In this document: positions 11,170 to 24,560 of the stretch, one piece after another | Layout of the letters: every line of letters starts with the position of its first letter | Numbering within the stretch: position 1 is the stretch's first letter | Source of the DNA: Hamiltosporidium tvaerminnensis FI-OER-3-3 | Lineage: Eukaryota; Fungi; Microsporidia | Assembly: GCA_022605425.2 (NCBI GenBank) | Contig: CM061248.1 | Coordinates: 1,054,001-1,118,000, forward strand | Direction of reading: 5' to 3' | DNA: 64,000 nt | Position numbers and translations under genes: made by a program | Notes under the pieces: generated by a model | Seen by the model: the letters and a program-made list of their open reading frames with translations, nothing else | The model's database searches: none | Told to the model about the DNA's origin: nothing

Positions 11170-12500
11170 TCAATATTTTTTCCCATTATTTTACGCTTCA
11201 AAGTCTCCCTCTAAATTCGACACTGTATTCATCTTTATTAATGGTTCCTCCGGTATGGTTATCCCATCTAAAATATTAAAGAATAAAAATTTGTATTTAA
11301 TCGTTAGACACTATATTCCGCTTATTCATTTGCTTTAAAGTAATTTATGGCTGTTTATCCGACGCGGCTCTATAATAACACTAGATGACGCACTTTATAG
11401 CGCTCTTAAGATTTTAGGTCCGACTGAAGTTTTCTTTGTCCATCAAAAGAAATTGACCGACCGTCGTCATATACACTATCAATTTGAATGTATTCCTCTA
11501 CATCCATAAGATTTTTGCAGTCTTTTGAGAAAAGTCTTATGGTATTTCGTTACAATATCGTCCTAGATCATCTTTTACAGAAGTATATCTTAACTAATTT
11601 ATAGTTAAGACTTAACTCATTTCCAATAGATCATAATTATTAAGCTTCTCCGTTTTAACTATTTGAAGTGGATCTTAGAAAGTAAAACATTCTTAAATGA
11701 GGGTTATGTATTCGATCGTCTGTCCAAAAATAATATACCAGGCTTATTATTCCAAATTTAGACATCAGTTGATATCCTATTCTCTATACCTGACTTTGCC
11801 TTCTGCTTATTATGAATTTTTTGAACTGGGTAATTCCTAATGCGTTTGAAGATTTATATTTATATCATTTTATTAGGAGCAAATGTATGTATCGGGTCTC
11901 TTCAGTATTTTGTTTAGTATAGCCATGACCAACTATTTTTTCTCATCTCTTTGCTTAACTTTCTACTGTTTACCAAATTTATTACAGTGTTTAACATACT
12001 TTTTGCCCTCCGGAATATATTTTAGCTTAGATATAGCAGCAAAACAGTTTCTTATATTCCATTTTCTCGCCATTTAGACGATCAATAACACTTAAAAGCT
12101 CCGTTTCTTTTACGTATATTAATTTTTATAAGGTTTTCGTTTTTTTAATTTAATGTAGAATTTTGCAAGTTGAGAAGCTACAGAATTATTTTATCTACTT
12201 ATAAATTAAATCGAAGAATTTTCTAAAAAACAATTTGGAAATTTTTTGTATTATCAGCTTAAGGATTTATGGTCTTCGGAATTATATTTCTTAACCTTTT
12301 TTTAACAAATAATTCTATACTGGCAGAATCATATTTTAACTTCGACTCAAATTGTAAGGCCACTTCTAAGTTCCGAATCAAAAAGGTAAACTCTCTTTCC
12401 AACTAGTCCGAAGTGTATATTTTTTTTGCCAACATCGCACACACTGCATCATTCAACTTAAGAGTGCACAACCTGTCCAAGTCAAAGCAGTTCTATATGA
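11170..12500 (-). mobile_element. Decayed 3' part of R4/Dong-like RLE non-LTR retrotransposon
   Basis: Nucleotide similarity to 60960-62340 (regions encoding WDGIVTKYHK, YIQSIV, NNRPD, QLAKL); many stops. Confidence 0.7.
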
Positions 12501-12837
12501 TAAATAATTAACGATATTGATATTGTTAATTTGCAAAAATAACATAGTTTTTCATGCTATCTCTATACGACGAAGCTTTCCCCCCTTTCTATTTGCTTTC
12601 TCAATGCCTATTATAATGATTAACAGGAAAATCACCTTTGATATCTTTTTTATGCTCATCTATTGAAAAAATCAACATCTAAAAAATGGGAGTAAAATTA
12701 CAACACAGTTTTTTTGTCTTCGATCTCCCAGTTTTAATTCTAAAAATAATAACATTTAAAAACCATTATTCGTCAGCTCTTGTAAAAAGAGCAATAATAA
12801 AATATATAAAAAAAAATATATCAACTCAATAGAAGTT

Positions 12838-13461
12838 TTAATTTTTTAACAAAATATTTAAAAAAATGCGTATCATAAAAATATTCACCAGTATAAAAAA
12901 AATGGAAAGACCAACACTAGAATATTGAAATCTTTACTTCCTCTCATATACTTGTAAAATATAAATAGAATTATCATATAGTAAAGGGAAAAAACAATTG
13001 TAAAAATGTCATTATTATTTGACATTACTGATAAAGATATGAAAAGTGTATTTTCAATCAAAAGCATGAAAATATATTTAAATTCTAGCTTTAAAAACGC
13101 AAATGTTGTTTCGATGACTGTTAGATGATTCAAGATTAAAAAATTCGAATGCTATTATCATTATCAAATTCTGGTATGATCAAGGGCTGAATTAGTGTTC
13201 TTTCGGCTAGAGAATAGGTATTACAACAATATTGTTATTTATACGATTTTGGTCAAGTTTGCTAATACTTTGTTCACTTGTTGATTTAAAAGCATTTGCT
13301 CTCGTTCCATTCCTATAGCTTTTATTTTCAGATATACTACTTAAAATCGGACACCTATTCATTCCCAACGATTTATTTGTTACTATATATATTACTGTCA
13401 AAAAAATCAATTTTAATTTATTTAATGTTATCTCGATTTCCTTTTTTTTATCGCATATCAT
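12838..13461 (-). pseudogene. Frameshifted paralog of the 1907-2479 membrane protein
   Basis: Shares KSLGMNR, LKLEFKYIF, FSLYY, YKYMRGSK and upstream DNA; broken into ORFs 13207-13461 and 12885-13133. Confidence 0.75.
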
Positions 13462-13599
13462 TATTAATTAAAAAAGATAAAGGTTTTTTTATCATAGCTT
13501 CAAAATTTCTTTTAATAAGCTTTGTCTATAATGATTTTAATTTATAACTGCAAATCAGGACTTTCTTCGAACAGTAAAATAAATTATCCTCAGATAGCA

Positions 13600-14130
13600 A
13601 TCTTCTTATTAAAAGATTAACTTAATAAATAAATTTTATAGAATTTTGTTTGTTTTGTTTCCCAGTAAATGCACTCTTTATCTTTCGTTCGGAAAGTTTG
13701 CGCTAGTCTGAGAACCTAATCAATCAAAAATAATTTGTCTTTAGAGCGCCTATAACACGGAGAAGTTATAATTCATCGTTGAATTGTGTTTAATCCGTAG
13801 AGCAGAACGACTTATTAAAAAAATTTGGCTATTTCGGTATGTTTTGGATTGCTTTATTTAGCATAAAAATCTTTTTATAAGTTTTTTTTTACTATAGATA
13901 GTTTTTGTATGTTTTGCTTTTGTTTGGTTTTTTTCATCTCAGAAACAAATATTGTAAAAATAGTGTTCTTTTTTAAAGAGCGCGTTTTATTAATCAAATT
14001 ACTCGGAAAAGTTACTATTATGTTCCGAAGACTTTAATCGCAAAACAAGAAGTATATAAAAAGGCCTGGTATCATGCAAGAAGATGCTTTATTGAAACCT
14101 AGATAATTTGAAATTAAAATATATCAGGAA
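13600..14130 (-). mobile_element. Possible Tc1/mariner transposase relic
   Basis: Weak remnants resembling the ..F.DEK motif (~13935-13950) and downstream catalytic region; no ORF. Confidence 0.25.
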
Positions 14131-15139
14131 AGTTTTGAGTATTTATCTTGCAAAGATCTCCCCGATAATGCCTAAAAAGCAAAACCTATCGCTCTGAAGA
14201 AAAAATGTTTACGAAAACCAAGTGAAAGCATAATTTAAGATAAGCATTTTATGTGATCTTTAATTACTCTTATTTAAAAGAAAGACGATGGAAATCTTTA
14301 AGAAAAAAAATGAGAAATATGAGAGTAGAGAGTGATACATAAAAGATAAACTATGTTTGTGTTATGTTATGCTAAAGTTGCGTTTTTCGCCTGTTATCTA
14401 GGAATGAAACATCGAGCTTCGTGTCAAACGTAACGAAGTTTTAATCAGCAGTAAAACGAAAAATACAACTTGTATACATATGATTAGTGTTTGGTTTCAT
14501 TTGTTCGGGTATTAATCAGGCCATTTCATTCATTTGATCGGTCTTCGGATATCATTTATCTGTTATACAAAGAAAATTTCCGAATATTGCAAAATTATAT
14601 TTCAAAAATGCTGCGATTCTTCCTGTATACTTTATGAAATTCTACAAGTACTATGTTTGGAAAGACCCTTTGGGTCTAAACTTAGTATTATAAGCAGCTA
14701 TCTGATACCCGACTTTAGACTAAAGCAAATTTCCGAGCATTTAGCCTATATATTTCAAACTTGTTTAAGCCAAAGTGGGAAATTTTGACGAATGTTGTAA
14801 GTAACGGTGTGAAATACCAGGGTTCTATCAGATACTCAGTTGGGTGCAGTGAGAAGAAAAGTACAACGTCATCAGCATTTCTTTAATACAGAAAACGAGA
14901 ACATCCTTTGACAACATTTGACCATGGAAAAACTGATTAGAATCAGTACTTTATAATAATCAAATAGAATGCATTGAAAGAGTTATTTCCTGAGTAGATA
15001 CAATTTTTGGTAAAAAGAATGAACTGAAAAATTAGATTAGAAAGGTAAAAAATTATGAAAAAGAACATATAAAAGAAAATAGTACTTTGCTATATGTATT
15101 TACCTTATTTTTTTGTGTTTTATATGTATTTTTTAAGCC

Positions 15140-16260
15140 AAAAGCCCACCGATAAATACAAAAAGGTGACAATAGAAACATTTCACGAATTCACTCATTA
15201 TTTATATCGAATTTACTATTGATTTCAAGATCCTAGCAAAAATTAAATAAAAATCAAAAAAAGACTGAGAAGAGTAAAATACTAAGAAAAATATGGGATT
15301 AGAAACATACAGAGAGAATTACGCCCCAAACGATCCATTCTCATAAAATAAAGCATTTCTTCTTGAATAATAACTGCTTGAAACTACCCTGTAGTAATAA
15401 AATATATCATTGGTACCCCAGCAAGCAGTTCATTTAAAAATAAAATATCAAACCGTTTAAGGATTAGAGAAATCTTATAAGATTGAATTAAATCAAGAAA
15501 TATATTCTAAGCAATCAAGAACCAGGAAACTTTTTCTATAAAGCATCGTATTTCTGTACTATGGCTTCGACCAGGCGAATTTTTGAATTTGAAAGAATCA
15601 AAGTGCTTTGCTAATAAAGAAAAAATACATAAATCTCAACTATGTAAAGAACTTCTAAATTTCCAGCTGAAAATATTGAAGACTTTAAGTTAGTATAGAG
15701 TTCAAAGTAAAAATATACTCAAATCTACTTTCCGATAATCAAAGACAAAAAGAAACATCATAAAAAAAGCAGAAATTCTACGTGGTAGAGAAATACCAAA
15801 CATGATATTGTACTTATATAAAACTTCTTAAAGGTGAAATAATATTTTAAATGAAAATTCGAGAAATGAGATGAAGAAGCTTAGTCACTTAACTTATTAA
15901 AGAAATAATAATGAAAACCAATATGAAAATGACATTATATATGAAATAAAGAGCTATATTAGGTAAATTACTCCCTAATATGGTCAAGAAATCATTCTAA
16001 AGACCACATGAGAAGAATATTCTACTATATTTTAAGTATATATGTATTATGGTCAGCTTATATATATGTAACATCGTAGTCAGTCATTAAACATTACGCT
16101 TTTAGCAACAAAACGATAAAAAGGATGAGATTGTTATAACGTCTCGCCCGCTATCAAAATTAAAACAATCTTTGATAGATACTACTTCTATTTTCGAAAT
16201 ATCCATTTGCAACGGGTAACTAAGAATTGTTTAGAAATATTTTTTCTCAAAAAAAGTAGT
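15140..16260 (+). mobile_element. Decayed internal fragment of R4/Dong-like non-LTR retrotransposon
   Basis: Remnants of KVTI.T..HLLFID, GLE..REK.A.ND, RP.NE and LAT matching the copies at 31480-35075 and 60960-62340. Confidence 0.6.
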
Positions 16261-17149
16261 ATTGTTTTTAGAATTATTATATTCCTTACCCTTTTCTATC
16301 ATTGATAAGTTAAATATGATATAATTTTATAGTTATTAAAAAATTATTGATTAGTTATTATGTAGTAGAATTTATTTTTTAAGAAAATTCGACGGCATAA
16401 GGAATGGTTAGATATCTCGAGCATCTATGTATTTGCATATAGATTAAGCTTGTAAAAAAATAGGTCTAAATCCATTAAATGACTTTTTGAAAACGAGTTA
16501 GAGGTAGAAAAGAGAAATACAGATAAAACAGATATCGATTGTTGCAATAAAGGGTTTAGAAATTTATTTTTGATCAGAGCAAAAATTGATGATCCACATG
16601 GAGTGAAATAAGAACTAGAGACATATTTAAAATGATTTAACAGAGAAACGAACAAATTCGACGCTTCAAAAACAGATTAGATTACATAATAAATATAAGG
16701 TTATGGTAATCCTCAATTCAATAACATAAATAATGTATTTTAAAAATACCAAAAGAAGTGGCGTGACGACTAAAAATTTTAGGAATTATGAAGCATATAT
16801 TGTGTCGAAAGCTTATAAGGAGAGAATAAAACTATTTTCTTTGATAGATAAAGAGAATAGCAGTCAGAAGACAATTCCGAAGAGAGCTATTAAAGTGAGC
16901 CATAAAGTTGTATTTTTAAATCTTAGATTCTTTAACTATCAAAAAACTTCTTAGGGCAAGCGAATAACAAAAAAGACGTGATAAACGAGCAAATACATAA
17001 AAATATTTTATTTTTTATTTTAGATGTCATAACATCTTTGGAAGAACAAGCCTATTTAAAGAATCTTTATAATTTGAAGAAAAGTAGAGGGTGTTAAAAA
17101 TGATCAAAAAAATTGTAAAAAAAATAGAATATTTGTTAACTAAAATAAA

Positions 17150-18150
17150 TATAAACATAATTTATTATTTGTTTCATGTCTTGTGAAAATTTGATCAAGA
17201 ATATGGGTGCAATGATATCCAAGCTTTGCAATATTCATAAGTTTTTAAATAATCTGCAGTTAACTGACATATTTTATTTATCCTTTCAAATGAATATTGT
17301 AACAAAGTGACAAATATAGTATGCCACGTAGAAAAATAACATAATAAAGCCTAATTAAATAAGTTTTTAAATAAATTCGGCAAGAAAAGGTGGTTTCAGG
17401 AAGTTTGTTAAGTGCCATGCTTTGATACAAAGAGATTCTTGGTTTGTCTTAAATTAAAGCTCTAAAAATCTATTTAAATCTTAGAAATAACATGAAAGAA
17501 ACTCTGTAAAAAAAAGATAGGATCGTTGATCTATCCGCAAAACATCGGTAGAATAGTGAGAAATTCAGGCGATGCTTGAAAAGAAATAAGAAGAGCAAAT
17601 ATGAAAAAAATTTGTCCAAATAAATAAATAAAAGCACGTTTGTGGGAATAAACAGTTATTAACCTACCTTAAACACCGTAAATATTGTTTAAAAACCATC
17701 TAATCGGATAGTATCTAGGTATCTCAAAAAGAATTATAACTAAAAGTGCACAGGAAAAGTAAATAATTAATTTAGTATTACTCCCATACATGAACCTACT
17801 GTAAATTGCAAATCTTTTAAAATTAAACGATGGAGGCCAAGACATATATCAAGCTTTTCTTAGACATAAGAATACATGCTTGTAAGACATAGAAATTCGC
17901 CAAACGTAACGAAGCGACGATGAATGTATGGTAAACCATCTTTAATTATATGTAGAATTAGCAATAGCCTATTAAGATGACTGAGAACCTGCGGGAATAT
18001 CGGTTTCAAAAATACTATGAAATTTCAAATTTTTAAACGAGGTCGAAAAAACCAGATATCAGATGTGCTATATTTAAAAACGTCGGAAATTCGAGTATTT
18101 AAAATAACTTAAAATGTTATTTCGACCGTTGACGACTTTATTTTCGTAAA
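17150..18150 (+). mobile_element. Tc1/mariner transposase relic
   Basis: Ordered remnants of G.G.L, QDNA.CH..K (~17865-17900) and ENLW (gagaacctgcgg ~17985). Confidence 0.4.
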
Positions 18151-19459
18151 AAAATTACTTGCATAAGGAAATATAAAAATCACAGTATCCTTTGTAATAA
18201 ACAAATATTACAGTCTATTGATCACAAAAAGTAGAATTTGTAGAAAAAATGGTTCAATCTCTAAGTCAGCTCTAAGCCATTGAGCAAATAAGTTGGTAAG
18301 TAACAACACGTTTAGATTAAAAAAAAATAATTTTAAAACAATATATACTTTTTTAATTATACAAGAGAAAATGGGATAGGAGTTAATCGGATCTAAGGAA
18401 ATGGTTAGAGTCACGGGGTTCTGGTGTCGTTTTTTGCCTTTTTCAATCTTTGATATAAGCCTCGGAACATCTATTTCTTGCTTTAGTTTGTTTAACCGCG
18501 AACTATTTAGGTTATTTTCTGAGTCATTGTTGTTATAATTTAAATCCAATATGTTTTGTGTACGTGTAGATTTACCATAAACGACAGAAGTGAATTACGT
18601 CCATCGAAACTGCAAAACCTATGTAAAAGAACAAACAAGAATAGAATATATAGTTAAAAAATTTCAAATAAATATATGTTTAAATTTTAAAAATAAATAA
18701 AAAATATTTTTGAGCATTTCTAAATTTCCTTCCAACATTAAAAATAAATATGTCTTTATTTTTAAATTATGAAATAATTTAAACCGAATTAAAATATATT
18801 TCGCCATGCATATTTTTTAATAGCTCGCTTCTTCCTTATGTAAGAAACACAATCTAAGAATAAATCATAAATTTCCCAAAAAAACAGGTTTTCCAAATAG
18901 ATTTTTCTTTGGATTGGTTAAGTTTTCAGCCCAACGCAACCATGTAATGTTTAAGTAAATAAATTTTAAATCAAAATCAATTTATATATTCTCTTAAAAA
19001 ACCAATTTTTGACTTTTTATAGTTTTTGAAATAAACTATAACGTTATTCGAAAAGATTTTATACATCTAAATTTCTCTAAATCTACATTGTAGCAGAATG
19101 AATGTATATGTAGAACAGGTGGATTTCAATATAAAATGAACTTATTTGGTTGGTTTGCCAACAAATCACGTAAACTCTTACAATAAACCTCCACCCAATA
19201 CCGATCGATTACTTAATATTTTATTTAGAGATTATTTTATAATTTGTACTTGATAAAAAAAAATATTGTATTTCTTTCTACATAAATAAAATAAGTAAAT
19301 TTGAACGACTTATATTCAAAAGACATTAATTGATAAAATTCGATACTAACTTAGAATATAATATAGCAAATTAGGTTTGTCGTAAATTATTTTTATAATA
19401 AAGTAATTTGAGATATACATTTATACAATAAAATTCTGGGTTAACAAATTTTATCTTTT

Positions 19460-21260
19460 AAATAATTATTTTTACTATTTCAACCACTTAATTCTTTTCT
19501 TCTAAATCCGAGTTTTCATTTGCATTAAATATGTTCCTCTGCTGTGATTATGCTATCTAAAATAAGAGGTAAAAGACTTTTTCTAAATTCCGTTTTAACA
19601 CCATCTTCCTCGTTGTCTACTTGCTTTAAAGGATGTGTTGGTTTTTTATGCATCGGAGCCCCTTAAATAACACGTAAAGATGCTTTTTCCTAGCTCTCTT
19701 CGGCATTTAGCCTGTATTCAAGTCCTCATCGTCGACCAAAAGAAATTTTTTCGACCGCTTTTTGAGTACTATAGATTATATACCTGCCTCTACATTCATG
19801 GGTATTTGTAGTCTTTTAACAACATCTTATGGTATTTTGTTCCAATACCGTTCCAAGTCATCACATAAGGAATTATCTTTATACAACATTTATGAATGAT
19901 GGCGAACTTATTTGCTAATAGTTCGTACTTCTTAAGTTTCTCTGTTTCAACTATTTGAAGAGAGTCTTGGGATGTGATTCCTAATTTAATGAGGGTTATC
20001 CTATTCTGTCTCTTGTCTCAAATAAATATATCGGGTATTTTACACCGAATTTTGACATCTGTTTTTATCCTAGTGTTCACTTTTACCTCTGTACGCTCAT
20101 TATCAAAAAAATTTTTTACACCGATCGACTCATAATTTGTTTTAAAGACTTGAATAAATATTTATTTAGTAGGATTAAGTATTTGCATTGTGAAACTTCA
20201 TTTTTTGGTCTAGTATAGTCACTCTAGCTTTTTCTCGCATCTTGTTGCTAAGAAGTCTACCGTTAGACATATTTAGTTGCTGCGTGTGAAATACCTTCGG
20301 TACTCCGGCAATCTACTTCTATCTTATATAGAACAGAACACTGCTTGATCAGGTGGTCTTATACTTCCTTTCTTTAACCATCTATAAGAGTCATTCACAC
20401 TTACAAGCTCGTTATTACTAGCTTTATAACATTGAATGTAGTTTTCGGTTTTTGATTTCGTTATATAGGTTAGCTAGTTGAGCTTCTTCCAATTTCTTTT
20501 TTGTGACTTCCTCTTCTAACTCGTATTTAATTTTTAAAATTTTTTTTTTAGTGAAAAGTGGGTTTTAATATTATTGTCAACCTTTAGGATTGCTGCTCTT
20601 TTGGTCGATGTATTTTTATGTTTTTCAAGACAATCCAAGTGTTGCAAAAGCATCTTCGCTTTTAAAGTCTACACTATATAAACTTCTTCATAGTTCTTTA
20701 CGAGGAAGGTATAGACGTTATTTCATCCTAGGCGTAGATGTATTTACTCTGTACTGGCAGTGCACGCACTGCATAATCTAACTTAAAGAAGTCAGTTGTT
20801 CCAGGCAAGGTACTTCTATTTGGCAGTGGGTGGACGATATCGGATGTTGATATTTTGCAGAAAATAATTTTTTAGCATTCTATTTTGTTGCGAAAAAGTT
20901 TTTCTACTCGTGCTTTATGTTTTATTGTACTTCCTCGAACGACATACATCTTAGGATTCCTCTGCTATTTTCTTTGGTTCTTAAGTATTTTTAAACACCT
21001 TTTCATTGAAAAAGAATAGCTGTATCTTCACAACACGGGTTTTTTGTAGCCGATTTCTCTTTGTTTATTTCTAATCGTATATTGTTCATTCACCTCTTCC
21101 GTCATTTCCTATAATGCTTGTTCATCTTTTTCAGGAAGCAGAGATCATCATATAATAATATTATTGGCCGCACGGGATTCTGCATCATTCTTTATTGTCA
21201 GCTTTGGGTTTTTTTCATTAAGCTTTCGGCTCCATAGATCAATACACAATAAAAAGAAAT
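19460..21260 (-). mobile_element. Decayed, 5'-truncated R4/Dong-like RLE non-LTR retrotransposon
   Basis: Clear DNA similarity to 60960-62340 (GITSQDSLQIVETEKLKKY, WLKKGSIRP, RLYLPRKEL) extending into the RT C-terminal half; multiple stops and indels. Confidence 0.9.
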
Positions 21261-24200
21261 AAATACAAAAATTTATACAAAGAAAGAAAATATTTAGGTA
21301 TTTTTATGAAGAAGTTGTAATAAAAGAGAATTTAATGGTTTTCTACATTTTTTAAACAATTAATAATATTTTCCATCATTTCAAGTCAAAAAATATAATA
21401 ACAAAAAATAATAGCATATTTTTTTTAGAAATTAATATAGTTAAGGGGTTCCCCAAATAGTAAGAAATCCAGTTAAATTTATTGGAGAAATAATCAATAA
21501 AAAGACCAAGTGTTTGTCTCTTATTTTGCTTTCAACATTTTTGTATATTTTATTTTAAGAAATGTTTCTTCAAATAGATAGATTTTGTTAAAAGCGTAAA
21601 TAAAACTATGAGAAAATGCATGAACTTGGTGTGAATACGAAGCTAAAAAACTCTTTTCCAATTCAATTAATTTTGAATTCAATTATTTTTTTAAAAAGCA
21701 TTTGTGCATTGCATATCTATTACTTACAATTAAACACCGGTACTAGCCTTTCAAGATCAGCCGAAAAGAGATTTAAAGAATTTAAATATAATTTTTTGCA
21801 AAATGAAACCAGAAAAACTAAATCAAAATATATTTTCAAAGTATCTAAAGTTTTTATTACAGGTCTTATAAACAGCTTCATTTTTTTTTACTAAATATTG
21901 CGCACCTATTAAAATGAATAAGACATTTGTTCGAGCCTTCGCGTAAAGAAGACTATTTTGATAGAATTTTTAAATATGATTCAAAATTCGGGTTCTGTCT
22001 TTTTTTTATTTCTTTGAGATTTAAAATTAAAATGCTTCAATAATTCGGATTAATCCGTACAAAAAAACAACTTCCATACTCATTTATTGCTTTGTGAATC
22101 AGAAAGAAGCTGAGTCATTTCAGAAAAAATTTCAATGATTGCAATAACTTTAAAACTGCATATAAATGTTTATACGGCAAGTTAGCGAACTGAACTAGTC
22201 TGTTGTAAATCATCTTCCGAAATTTCGTAAATTTACTCACGTAATTGACGAGTTTTAAGTACGTGCAATTCTATATAGTTGAAGGTTAAATGACTGGTAT
22301 ATAAGCCGTGACAGTTTCAAGTATACTCCATATAACGATTTTTGAGAAATAATAAGGTATTATAAATGATTTTGAATTACCTTAATCTCCTGATTGAAAA
22401 TATAAGAGTAACAAAAACATATTTATTTACATTATATCTTTCCATATTTAGTTGTAATATAATTTGAATATCACCTTCTATGATTTTTCGACTTGATCAA
22501 AAATATCTTGTCTATTGGCCGTGCTTTGAATACTAAAAAGATCTAATGGTTCTTTACAAACCTTCTATTTGTCAATAAAATTTTCGAATAAAATAAATTT
22601 TCAGTAATATTTGAAATTTTATTTAGCACATCCAGAGCTAAATAAAACTATTCCAGGTTCTGATTTATTTCGAATGTAATGTCTAAACTCTTCTTGCTAC
22701 TGTGTTTGGAGATAAACAAATAATTTAAAATGTATTGAAACCTTCAAGGCAATTTTCCCAAGATTTCTTCTTTGATAAGATTTGAATAATTCTAATTCTT
22801 TAATTAGTTTACCATGTTTCCCAAAAAATTATTGTTACTTAAAAATTTTATGTATCTATCATCTTGTCCAGCTCTATATTTCTATAATAAATTATATTGG
22901 AATTTACGTCCTCGTTTTTAAGCTTGAAATTTCGTTCCTAAAATCTACAGACTATTCCGAGATTCAGAGAATGATTAGTTTAAGAAGAAGCATTTGATAC
23001 TATTGATTCGCGAGATATGTAGTTTCCTCAGACAAAAATTGGTATTACTACATAAAGCAAAAACAACACCACTTCTGTTTTTCCTTTCTATATTCATTAT
23101 CTATTTTGTTTTGTCGGTACGAATATTAAGTTAAATTAGGGAAATAAGAAAATACAACGCATTAGCTAAAAAGAATATCAAAATTTGTTTCTGAAATGCA
23201 GGTTTGTTTGCTGGTAATACGCTCTTAATCTTTTAAAAAAGAAAGTGTATGTTTTGCCGAAGCCTTGCCAATCAAAAGAAGACATGTCTCTGAGACGCCT
23301 ACCCTTAACGAAGCTCTAATTCCCCGTGGATTGTATTCCATTCATAAAGAAAGAAACAATCTAATATAAAAATAAAACGAGATCACAGTAAGGTACACCA
23401 CTAGATTTTAACTAAAAAAAATAAAGGAGCGTTTACTTAGCAGTTGAAGAACAACTAACACAACGTAAAGTTTATAAAATAAGTGATCTTTATATCTCCT
23501 AAGACTCAAAGCCATAAAACTTTTTTTTGATAATTTAATATTGTACAATAATTTATATTGCAGGTAATGATAAAAATCTGTTTAAAAAATAACTAACCCA
23601 TAATGCTATGTTATTTTTTTGATAAGCACGAACAGCCTAGCATATTAATCGAAACCCCAGACTTTAGATCTGAAAACTAGAAATATTAAGCCAAGCAGGA
23701 GAGAATGTATTTTATTTATCATCAGATTAAATACTAGTCGAATTGCGTACTTGCAAGTCAATATAAGAATTTATAGAAAACCAGTCTTTAGTGTCGTTTT
23801 CTTGTTAAATCAGGCAAAAAAAAAACGTCATTCTGATGCTATGGGTTACCATTCATTTTTAATCAAATATAAGAATAAAATAAAAACCACCTAGCTTAAG
23901 ACCAATAGAGCAAGTGTTTAAAGAAATAGAATAAATAAAAAAATAATTCGCATAGATATTCCTTTTTTTATAAGAAAACAGCAAAAAACCCTTAATTCTG
24001 GTTTTTTTATAGTAATTTCGTGTAAGCTATACACAAATATTTATCTTCTTCTTACTATTTTAGAAAAATATTTATATTATTTTTAAGATTGTGTCGAGAA
24101 TAACACTTTTAAAAACAATCTGATTTAATTTGTATTTGAAACATGCAAAAATGATATCTAAAGATTTTTTTTAGAATGATAATTACACTTAATATTCGGT

Positions 24201-24429
24201 AGTTTATAAAAAAACTATAAAGAGGAGAAAGTCTACAAAATGCTAAAACTTTTTTCTAAGAGCATAGTTTGTATTTTTTTTTATAAGTAAAATGAAGCAA
24301 ACGATTGAACTTTATGATAATTAAATTGTATAAGCATAGAGACCTAGCCTTCCTCCTTTAGATTAGGAGAAAGGGAGACAAAGAAACGCAGAAAAGTATA
24401 TATTTTATAGAGCTTGTAAAGCTAGTTTC

Positions 24430-24560
24430 CCCCACAATGCCGGAAAAGAATTGGCTTAGAGTATACTCTGCTTGTGTAAGAGGCGACTAAAAAGGACCGG
24501 TCCCCCGGTTTGGACTTAAGGCTAACAACTCACCTTTTAAAACTACACTAATACTAAACT
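24430..24560 (+). mobile_element. Isolated RTE-type 5'-leader fragment (non-autonomous/SINE-like)
   Basis: TGCTTGTGTAAGAGGCGACTAA followed by GGTTTGG..GGCTAACAACTCACCTTTTAAAA, similar to GGCCTAACAACCCTACCCTGTAAAA at the head of the RTE at ~42366. Confidence 0.5.
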
